This document shows positions 25,226 to 32,000 of a stretch of DNA of 32,000 nucleotides, in pieces. Position 1 is the stretch's first letter. Each line of letters opens with the position of its first letter. This DNA is from an uncultured Nitrososphaerota archaeon (GTDB lineage Archaea; Korarchaeota; Korarchaeia; Korarchaeales; Korarchaeaceae). A program made the translations under genes and the position numbers. Where the stretch lies: contig CAYZRF010000013.1 in the NCBI GenBank assembly GCA_964480775.1, positions 25,032-57,031 of the forward strand, in the 5' to 3' direction. A model generated the notes under the pieces. The model made no database searches, was not told the origin of the DNA, and saw only the letters and a program-made list of their open reading frames with translations.

Positions 25226-26614
25226 ATGAGCATCTTTAGGGCCTACGATGTGAGGGGAATTTACGGAATCGATCTAACAGAGGACATAGCCCAGCAGATT
25301 GGAGCTGCTTTTGGTACCTTCCTAGGCGATAGCAGAAAAGTCGTGTTAGGAAGAGATGGAAGAGCAAGTAGTCCTGCAATAGCAAAGGCAGTGGCAACTG
25401 GCCTTACAGAGGTCGGGTGTGATGTACTTGACATGGGGCTCATTCCAACTCCAGTACTCTACTTTGGGATTAAGGCTTCGAAAGCCAAAGGAGGCATAAT
25501 GGTAACAGCTTCGCACAACCCTCCAGAGTGGAACGGTCTGAAGATATGCGATTCTAAAGCCAGGCTAATGGGTATGGGTCTCGGTCTCGAGAAAATCAAA
25601 GAGATCGTTGAACAAGGTAAGTTCAACAAAGGAGGAAACGGAAAGATAATCGACTCTAGGCATCTTTTGGACGAGTATGCAGACTTTTTGCTTTCAAAAG
25701 TCGATATTGCTAAAGGAACAAGCGTTGTTTTGGATCCAGGAGGGGGATCTTCAGCCGTTTTGGTAAGGAAACTGTTTGAAAGGGCTGGTTGCGATGTTTA
25801 CGTCATAAACGAGGAGATAGACTCCAACTTCAAGGCGAGATCTCCTGATCCCGACCCTGAGGATCTTGAGGATCTTAAGGAGGAGGTCTTCAGAAGGGGA
25901 GCCTCGCTGGGAATCGCCTTCGATGGAGACGGAGATAGATCTGTTTTTGTTGATGATAAAGGTAGGGGGGTATTCGGAGATTTAGCCTTAGCTGTGTATG
26001 TAAAGCACTATCTAAAGGAAAGAAGGGGAGCCAAAGTCGTTTATGAGGTAAGCTGTACGAAGGCAATTGAGGATGTCACAAAGGAAATGGGAGGCATACC
26101 AGTCATATGCAGAGTAGGACACGCATTTCTCATGGACCTCATGCTAAGGGAGAAAGCACTACTCGGAGGTGAAATCTCAAGTCACTTCTACTTTGGTGAC
26201 GTCCAGATATATAGTGATGGCCTTTTTGCCGGCCTTAGGATGCTAGAGGTAATCTCAAAGGAGGGAAAACTCTCTTCTATAATAGATGGATTGCCTAGAT
26301 ACTTCGCAACCCCAATAATAACGGTTCCAGTTCCTGATGAGGTGAAATTCCAGTTAGTTGAAGAAGCCAAGACCATCGTCAAGAGAAGGGGGTTTGAAAC
26401 ATTAGATATAGATGGTGTTAGAGCTCATACGAAAGAAGGCTGGTTCTTGATAAGAGCCTCTAACACAAAGCCGGAAATAAAGATAAGAGCCGAGTCAATG
26501 AGCGAAGAAGGGCTAAAAAGGCTGTTTAAAGAAATTTCTTTGGTGATCAGAGAGGCTGCGTCGAAGCTTGGTGTAAGCATTGAGACTCCTGCTTGGAAAC
26601 ACGAGAAATCGTGA
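25226..26614 (+). CDS. Phosphohexomutase (archaeal phosphoglucosamine mutase / phosphomannomutase family)
   Basis: Active-site loop TASHNPPEWNGLK, metal loop FDGDGDRSVF and sugar loop GGEISSH. 462 aa. Substrate (GlcN-P, Man-P or Glc-P) not assignable by eye. Confidence 0.85.
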   Translation: MSIFRAYDVRGIYGIDLTEDIAQQIGAAFGTFLGDSRKVVLGRDGRASSPAIAKAVATGLTEVGCDVLDMGLIPTPVLYFGIKASKAKGGIMVTASHNPPEWNGLKICDSKARLMGMGLGLEKIKEIVEQGKFNKGGNGKIIDSRHLLDEYADFLLSKVDIAKGTSVVLDPGGGSSAVLVRKLFERAGCDVYVINEEIDSNFKARSPDPDPEDLEDLKEEVFRRGASLGIAFDGDGDRSVFVDDKGRGVFGDLALAVYVKHYLKERRGAKVVYEVSCTKAIEDVTKEMGGIPVICRVGHAFLMDLMLREKALLGGEISSHFYFGDVQIYSDGLFAGLRMLEVISKEGKLSSIIDGLPRYFATPIITVPVPDEVKFQLVEEAKTIVKRRGFETLDIDGVRAHTKEGWFLIRASNTKPEIKIRAESMSEEGLKRLFKEISLVIREAASKLGVSIETPAWKHEKS

Positions 26615-26615
26615 C

Positions 26616-26664
26616 TCTTTTTCATTTTTTCTTGTAAGAATCAATGTATTGATATCACTTTTTT
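26616..26664 (+). terminator. Oligo-T tracts plus palindrome downstream of the mutase gene
   Basis: T5 (26618-26622) and T6 (26625-26630) follow the stop immediately. Next comes ATCAAT-GT-ATTGAT (26640-26653), then T6 (26659-26664). Archaeal termination typically uses oligo-T. Confidence 0.4.
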
Positions 26665-26694
26665 CTTCAAAGTTTTTTGAATAAAATCGGTGCA

Positions 26695-26702
26695 TTTTAT
26701 AA
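26695..26702 (+). promoter_or_regulatory. Candidate TATA box (TTTTATAA) for the DUF4349 gene
   Basis: Centred about 29 nt upstream of ATG 26727 and about 23 nt upstream of TTG 26721. Confidence 0.35.
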
Positions 26703-26726
26703 GCACTATAAAAAAATAATTTGGAG

Positions 26727-27977
26727 ATGAAAGTGAAGGTCAAATCCCTTAAAGGAAAGGGGTTTCTTATTATCATGGCTCTCTTTGCTATCTTTGTAGT
26801 ATCTATGGCGATCGGATTCCTGACCTACCCAGAAGAAGGGGCTTACTTGGCTCCCACTAGGCAAAAACCTCAAGTCGTCGAACCCTCCTTTGCTCCGATG
26901 CCGACACCCCCTGCTGAGACCAAGGGCACAGCGGGTGCACCCGTTCCATCTCCGACACCCTATCCAGAGCCCACTGCCGCTCCAGCACAGCCATATTATG
27001 AATCAAGACCTGTTGCTGAGCCTTCTCCCTTAGAGATAGCTGAAAGGATGGTTATCTATACAGCACAGATATCTATTGAAGTAGACGACGTTCAATCAGC
27101 GGCTTACAGGATCCAAAGCATAGCCGAAGGTTCTGGGGGTTTCATTCAAAGGGTTTCGATCTCGGGCGAAGAGAGGAAGAGCGGCTTCATTACGATCAGA
27201 GTACCACAGGATAAGTTCTACGACGTGTTAAGGCAAATTGAGGAAGTAGGAAACGTTACAAACAAGGAGATTTCGGGAGAAGATGTGACTGAGAAGTACA
27301 TTGATCTTGAAGCAAGGCTAAAAAACGTTAAGAGAGAAGAAGAGCGCCTCCTTGAGATTTTAGATAAAGCAACCGATGTGAACGACATATTGAAAGTGGA
27401 AAAGGAGCTAATGAGAGTTAGAGAAACAATAGAGACCCTTGAGGGGCAGATTAGATATTTAGAGCGTAGAGTAGAATACTCCACTATCTCTGTATACCTG
27501 GAGGAAATCGCCAAGCCACCAGTAATCTCAGATGTTAAGGTTGTGGATGTATCAACATCTAGAGTTACCATAGAGTGGACTACAGATGTACCTTCAACAA
27601 GTCTTGTGGAGTATGGTACAACAAAAGCATATGGCTATGAAGCATGCGATCCTAGGCTAGTCAAGGAGCACTCAATAACGATCACTGGCTTGCGAGACTC
27701 AACTACATATCATTTCAGGGTAAAATCAGCAGCTTATGGTAAAACTGCAACATCAAAAGATTACACATTCACAACAGAATCAGAACCGTGGATCAAGATA
27801 CCCGAGATAGATTGGGGGTATCCCATAGAAAGAGGACTTTGGGGGTTATTGGTTCTGGCTCAAGTTCTAGTTACCCTCTTCGTATTCTTTGCGCCTTTGC
27901 TAGTAATAATAGGTCCGCCTGTCTACTACTTTTATAGAAGAAAAGTTAGGGATAAGGAAACATCAAAGGAGAAGTGA
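26727..27977 (+). CDS. Membrane-anchored DUF4349 domain protein with FN3-like domain
   Basis: The order is an N-terminal TM, a Pro/Thr/Ala-rich linker, a DUF4349-like block with coiled coil (EDVTEKYIDLEARLKNVKREEERLLEIL...LEGQIRYLERRVEYSTISVYLEE), an FN3-like module (RVTIEWTTDVPSTSLVEYGTT...TGLRDSTTYHFRV) and C-terminal TM helices. An alternative start is TTG 26721. Confidence 0.8.
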   Translation: MKVKVKSLKGKGFLIIMALFAIFVVSMAIGFLTYPEEGAYLAPTRQKPQVVEPSFAPMPTPPAETKGTAGAPVPSPTPYPEPTAAPAQPYYESRPVAEPSPLEIAERMVIYTAQISIEVDDVQSAAYRIQSIAEGSGGFIQRVSISGEERKSGFITIRVPQDKFYDVLRQIEEVGNVTNKEISGEDVTEKYIDLEARLKNVKREEERLLEILDKATDVNDILKVEKELMRVRETIETLEGQIRYLERRVEYSTISVYLEEIAKPPVISDVKVVDVSTSRVTIEWTTDVPSTSLVEYGTTKAYGYEACDPRLVKEHSITITGLRDSTTYHFRVKSAAYGKTATSKDYTFTTESEPWIKIPEIDWGYPIERGLWGLLVLAQVLVTLFVFFAPLLVIIGPPVYYFYRRKVRDKETSKEK

Positions 27978-27999
27978 TTTGGGTAAAATCTCCAAATCA
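27975..27999 (+). other. Hairpin TGATTTGG-N9-CCAAATCA that includes the stop codon
   Basis: Perfect 8-bp stem. The 5' arm begins with the TGA stop of the DUF4349 gene. Confidence 0.3.
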
Positions 28000-28092
28000 A
28001 GTTCAGATTAGAGATTATTTGTCAAAGGGATCTTATTCACCTCTGTAAACAGAAAGACTTAAGAGTCTATCTCTCCTCTCTTCAAGAATCCA

Positions 28093-28437
28093 ATGTCCAT
28101 GGAAATAGTCACCCCTGAAAAGGCTATAGAGCTTGTTAAGGAGGGCAAAACAGGCTTTCTGATGACGCTAGTCTATTGGATGAATGACCCCGATGCTCCT
28201 GTCAATCCAGATGATTTAGGAATAAGAGTTCAAACGGGAGGTCTGACCTTAAGCCCTGAACACACTCCAAACATATCTTTGGTGGGGGATATTATAGTAA
28301 CCGAAGCATATTTTCCGGAAGAGCTGATTCCAACCCCTTTGAGAAAGAAGGAGAACAGAATGGAGTGGGGCGGGTATAGAGTATCGGTTAGGATACCTAG
28401 GTGGGCAGTAATGGCCATATTATTTCCACGTGACTGA
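28093..28437 (+). CDS. Hypothetical protein
   Basis: 114 aa with a natural-looking composition. I recognise no family. The antisense ORF at 28230-28451 looks less protein-like. Confidence 0.55.
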   Translation: MSMEIVTPEKAIELVKEGKTGFLMTLVYWMNDPDAPVNPDDLGIRVQTGGLTLSPEHTPNISLVGDIIVTEAYFPEELIPTPLRKKENRMEWGGYRVSVRIPRWAVMAILFPRD

Positions 28438-28538
28438 GATAGCCTCTCCATTGGGTTCTTGATTAATTTATAGGGAAAATCTTTGTATCATCATGGTAAG
28501 CTACTTTTCAAAAGGCTATCCGGCATGATCATGTTCCC

Positions 28539-28560
28539 AATTGATGAGCTATCATCAATT
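28539..28560. other. Perfect 9-bp hairpin AATTGATGA-GCTA-TCATCAATT in a convergent intergenic region
   Basis: Read directly from the sequence. It lies 102 nt after the plus-strand stop (28437) and 121 nt after the minus-strand FtsX-like stop (28681). Confidence 0.4.
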
Positions 28561-28680
28561 AAGGATGAAACTGCCTTTTGGAAAGATCCTTTGCTGATGC
28601 TTACCCTTATTGGAGCCCGAAAGATTTCTAGGATCTCCATCTTTAACATTAAGATCGTCCTAATGTGTCATAGCATCAGT

Positions 28681-29907
28681 TCACTCATATCGTAGAGCCT
28701 CAACTGGTTGAAGCTTAACTGCTTTCATTGTAGGATAAAGAGCAAAGATGACAGAGTCTAAAACTGCAAAAGAAAGGCTTGACAGGGCTAATTTCATGGA
28801 CAATACAGGAGAAATTGTCAAGTTCTCCGCACCGAAGAGTGCTCCGCCAAAACTCCCGAATACTTTGGCAAAGCCGAATCCGACAGCCATTCCCATAATC
28901 CCGCCAGTGAGTCCAACTAGAAACGCTTCACTCAAGAAAATTAGGGCTATATCTTTCCTCTTTGCTCCTATTGCCTTGAGAATCCCTATTTCTCTGGTTC
29001 TTTCTATTACGGTTATCAGCATGGTGTTTAGAATACCTATTCCGGCCACGAAAAGAGATATCGCAGCAATTCCTCCTAAAACAAGGTTTAAGATGCCTAC
29101 AACCTTGTTTATTGCGTCCAAAATTATCTTCACGGAGAAGACAGTTACCTGTTCGCCATACATCTCCTCTATCTCCTTTGATACTTCTTCAACGATGGAG
29201 GGATCCTCAACTCTTGCCATGATTGCTGAAACAGTTTTTCCTGTGCTAAAGGTTTTCCTAGCTGTCTCAAAGGGCATAATGACTGCCTGATCAAGGTTTA
29301 CGGGGAAGGAAATTCCTGTAGTGTTTAGGATCGCAGTAACTAGGAAGGATCTTTCAACATACTCGCCTGATTTGGTTAGAACCCTTAATCTAACTTTTTT
29401 CCCTGCTGAGGTAAATTGACCTGTGGGTGGATTTGCCACTAGCTGCCCTAGTACAACGAAAGACCCTCTTTTCGTCTTCGACACTTTTCCTTCAGCTAGT
29501 TCCACTCCGGGATAAAGAGAGAAGAAATCTCTCATATCTATGCCCATAACGGTCACGCTCATCGTCTCTTTCCCAGAACCGATTGTGACGCTCTGTATTA
29601 TCACCCCAGTGGCTATTTCAATCCCATCAACCCTCCCTACGAGTTCCACGTCTTTGACCTCAAGGTTAATAGATTCGGCCCGTCCTATGCGCGATCCTCC
29701 CTCAGAGGCAAAAGGCAACACCGTTATAACATCTGCTCCCATCGTATTGAAAGTTTCGACCACGGAAAGCCTGAATCCTTCTCCTAATGAGAGAAGAGCA
29801 ACTATAGCTGCAACTCCTATAACTATGCCAAGCGTCGTTAGTGTAGAGCGCATTTTCCTCTCTTTTATGCTTTCAAAAGCCATAAGAAATGCTTCAATAA
29901 TGTCCAA
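28681..29907 (-). CDS. ABC transporter permease, FtsX/MacB-like
   Basis: The order is TM1, a large extracytoplasmic domain, then three C-terminal TMs with the ERTREIGILKAIGAKRKDI motif typical of FtsX-like permeases. TTG start preceded by GGTGAT. Confidence 0.85.
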   Translation of the reverse strand: MDIIEAFLMAFESIKERKMRSTLTTLGIVIGVAAIVALLSLGEGFRLSVVETFNTMGADVITVLPFASEGGSRIGRAESINLEVKDVELVGRVDGIEIATGVIIQSVTIGSGKETMSVTVMGIDMRDFFSLYPGVELAEGKVSKTKRGSFVVLGQLVANPPTGQFTSAGKKVRLRVLTKSGEYVERSFLVTAILNTTGISFPVNLDQAVIMPFETARKTFSTGKTVSAIMARVEDPSIVEEVSKEIEEMYGEQVTVFSVKIILDAINKVVGILNLVLGGIAAISLFVAGIGILNTMLITVIERTREIGILKAIGAKRKDIALIFLSEAFLVGLTGGIMGMAVGFGFAKVFGSFGGALFGAENLTISPVLSMKLALSSLSFAVLDSVIFALYPTMKAVKLQPVEALRYE

Positions 29908-29915
29908 AACATCAC

Positions 29916-31463
29916 CTACGGGGATAACCCTATTAATCTCTTCAGAAACTCGACGATCTTTTGTAGGATACCTCCCTCCTCTGGTTTAACCTGTGCTACC
30001 TGATTTCCTTTGGAAATTGTTGTGTTAAACGCTTTAGAAGTGGTTATCTTTCTTCCCAGGGAGTCATAGTATGTTACAGTGATGTTCAGACCATATTCAC
30101 CTTTAGCATCGGTTGGAACTGTAAAGCTCACTTCAAACGGAAGAGGACTATCAGGATCTACCCTACCAATGTATTCTTCTTCATTGACATCAAGGCCGAT
30201 TACCTTTACCTCCAAAAAATCTGCGCTCTCTGTTCCTATCACGAGGATCTCGCCTGATACGCTAGCGACTTCCCCAGGCCTAACTTCTTCAGGGAACTCA
30301 AGGTTGATCAATTCAACCTCTGTCCACGGTGCAACCAAGATGCCTGCTGAGAATTCACTTGCGAATTCCCTTCCCTTTTCGTCTGAGTAAGTTGCAACGA
30401 AGGATAGGCTGTGTATGCCTGAAGTAGAAGAACTTGATACAACAGCCTGAAAAACGACAAATTCAGAGGATCCCGGATCCAATTCCTCCATATAAAAGGA
30501 ATCCGAACCAATAATGCTCAGAGCGGGGTCCGAGCTCTTTGCTCTAAGCCTAACATCCCTCGCTACTTCGTTTCCCATATTAGCTACCTTTAACTTAACC
30601 TCAAAAGCCTCTCCAGGCAGCACCTCATCAGGGACGAGTAATTCCGTATTAACTACCATCGGTTCGCTAATTTCCCTGTCAATGATGACACCTAGGACGA
30701 CTGTTCTACTTACTTCCATGTAGAAAGAATCCAAGAAATTCAACGATACAAATATCTTTACTAGGGAGCTTGTTGAGTCCTCTGGGACTACGAGAGTAAA
30801 CGGAACGGAATAAGTCCCTCCTGGAGGTATCTTCTGAATAGGCACCGACGAGAGATCAGTTCTTAGAGCATAGGTTGGAGTAGTCTGATCTATCGAAGCG
30901 CTTAAGGTTCCTGATAGGATTGTAGTATCCCCTACGTTTCTCAACACCAATAGCATGTTATTGGATCCAGTATTGATCTTATCTGGAAGTATCTCCACCC
31001 TAAGATCAGTTTTTCCTAGAACAGGAACGGATATTGTTAGACTTTGCTTTTTCCTATCCCTAGGGAGAACCAGGTAATTGAGTTCAAGTGTTAAGTTATA
31101 CTCTCCGACTCCAGCCCATGATTCTATGCTTAAGAAGTATTCAAGAACTCCTGATCCCCCTGAGGATATCGTTGAAATGAAGTCCACCAGGACGATGTCG
31201 CTCCTACCTTTCAAGTCCATGAAAGGGCTCTCAACCTTCAGTAAACCTGTTACCGAGAGGACATCCTCTTCCATTGGATTTACTATTTCTATCATGAGTT
31301 TAGCTCCTCTAGCTCCAGGGGGTATCCTAGAAGGCCTCTCTAGAGATTCCCATCCGATCCTCCCTAAGCGCAGATCTTCATCTTGGTCCTGACATACTAC
31401 CCAAGACATCCCAAACGACAGCGCACAAAATATAAGAACAAATAGCAGGAAATAACGCCTCAT
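29916..31463 (-). CDS. Secreted multi-domain protein with CARDB/COG1361-like Ig-fold repeats
   Basis: Signal peptide MRRYFLLFVLIFCALSFGMS. Four recurring modules of the type (P)G....(L/V).(L/V).(V/I).N.G......(V/L) are present, for example PGEAFEVKLKVANMGNEVARDV, TGSNNMLLVLRNVGDTTI and PGEVASVSGEILVIG. The ATG overlaps the stop of the ATPase gene (ATGA). Confidence 0.7.
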   Translation of the reverse strand: MRRYFLLFVLIFCALSFGMSWVVCQDQDEDLRLGRIGWESLERPSRIPPGARGAKLMIEIVNPMEEDVLSVTGLLKVESPFMDLKGRSDIVLVDFISTISSGGSGVLEYFLSIESWAGVGEYNLTLELNYLVLPRDRKKQSLTISVPVLGKTDLRVEILPDKINTGSNNMLLVLRNVGDTTILSGTLSASIDQTTPTYALRTDLSSVPIQKIPPGGTYSVPFTLVVPEDSTSSLVKIFVSLNFLDSFYMEVSRTVVLGVIIDREISEPMVVNTELLVPDEVLPGEAFEVKLKVANMGNEVARDVRLRAKSSDPALSIIGSDSFYMEELDPGSSEFVVFQAVVSSSSTSGIHSLSFVATYSDEKGREFASEFSAGILVAPWTEVELINLEFPEEVRPGEVASVSGEILVIGTESADFLEVKVIGLDVNEEEYIGRVDPDSPLPFEVSFTVPTDAKGEYGLNITVTYYDSLGRKITTSKAFNTTISKGNQVAQVKPEEGGILQKIVEFLKRLIGLSP

Positions 31464-32000
31464 TTAACCACCTCTTTATAGATTACACCATCCATCAGGT
31501 AGATGATCCTCCTACAAACCTCAGTTATGGTTTGATCATGGGTAACGATCACTATGGTCTTTCCTTCCTCTTCATTTAGTCTTTTGAAAAGGTTTACTAT
31601 CTCTTTTCCTGTCTTGGAGTCCAAATTTCCTGTTGGCTCGTCCGCAAGTATAATTGAAGGGTCATTGGCCAATGCTCTTGCTATGGCTACCCTCTGTCCC
31701 TCTCCTCCGCTCAGTTCATTTGGCTTGTGGTTCCACCTGTCTCGAAGATCAACAAGATCGAGGAGTTTCAAAGCTCTTTCTCTCCTTTCCGACCTCGGAA
31801 CTCCCATGAAGGCCATAGGAAGGGCAACATTCTCCAGTGCATTTAACCTGGGAATTAAGTTGAAGAACTGGAAAACAAAACCTATCTTCTTAGCCCTAAG
31901 CTCTGCTCTTTTGTCCTCATTGAGTTTGGACACATCAACTCCATCAATGATTACCCTTCCGCTAGTTGGAAGATCCAAAACACCGATCAGATGTAGAAGG
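31460..32000 (-). CDS. ABC transporter ATP-binding protein (MacB/LolD-like); N-terminus outside the window
   Basis: Carries the Q-loop, signature LSGGEGQR, Walker B ILADEPTGNLD and H-loop VTHD. The frame stays open to the window edge (...LLHLIGVLDLPTSG). Confidence 0.9.
   Translation of the reverse strand, partial: LLHLIGVLDLPTSGRVIIDGVDVSKLNEDKRAELRAKKIGFVFQFFNLIPRLNALENVALPMAFMGVPRSERRERALKLLDLVDLRDRWNHKPNELSGGEGQRVAIARALANDPSIILADEPTGNLDSKTGKEIVNLFKRLNEEEGKTIVIVTHDQTITEVCRRIIYLMDGVIYKEVVK

Noticed and set aside
28483-28695. 70-codon TTG-initiated ORF, and an opposing 52-codon ORF (28491-28649), as small protein genes
   Set aside because: Both strands are open here and neither product looks native. 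There is no SD or TATA at an appropriate distance, and the plus ORF runs into the FtsX-like gene's 3' end. Kept only as part of the intergenic finding.
28748-29989. Plus-strand ORFs of 180 aa and 149 aa inside the FtsX-like gene
   Set aside because: They are antisense to a gene with clear FtsX motifs, and their translations are P/S/T/I-rich without motifs.
1-32000. Scan for CRISPR repeats, tRNA/rRNA genes, transposases, integrases, toxin-antitoxin pairs or known defence genes
   Set aside because: I found no regularly spaced direct repeats, no GTTCGAATC-type T-arm in any intergenic region and no ORF with recombinase, transposase or nuclease hallmark motifs. The two gene remnants therefore cannot be tied to a visible mobile element. 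The scan was done by eye only.

Overview
This 32-kb chromosomal segment reads as a thermophilic archaeon. That assignment is an inference from three things. AT-rich TATA-like boxes sit about 25-30 nt upstream of first-gene start codons with little or no leader. GGAGG/GGTGA Shine-Dalgarno motifs appear mainly before internal operon genes. The gene content includes a long-form KamA radical-SAM protein, a ModE-N/PBP fusion regulator, a COG1361-type ABC operon and a family-4 UDG. I count about 29 intact protein genes, two gene remnants (a copA-type P-type ATPase and livF) and one surface-protein gene that looks split by a frameshift. I found no rRNA, tRNA, CRISPR array, transposase or integrase. 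The main point of interest is at 0.75-10.3 kb: a bacterial-type peptidoglycan (MurNAc/muropeptide) salvage gene set. It comprises an AmiE-like beta-lactamase-fold hydrolase, two-domain GH3 NagZ and DUF1343/NamZ as one tightly coupled operon, a BadF/BadG-type (MurK-like) kinase with the MurQ etherase, and two permeases. None of the three hydrolases has a signal peptide, which suggests import and cytoplasmic breakdown of bacterial cell-wall fragments by an organism that should not make MurNAc. The rest of the window holds glmS with a coupled GNAT, UDG, DUF917, orphan livHM permeases, KamA-like, D-aminoacylase, a TIM-barrel isomerase, a PMM/PGM-family mutase, a DUF4349-FN3 membrane protein and an ABC ATPase/CARDB-like/FtsX operon. 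All product calls come from motif recognition by eye and family knowledge from memory. No searches or statistics were run.
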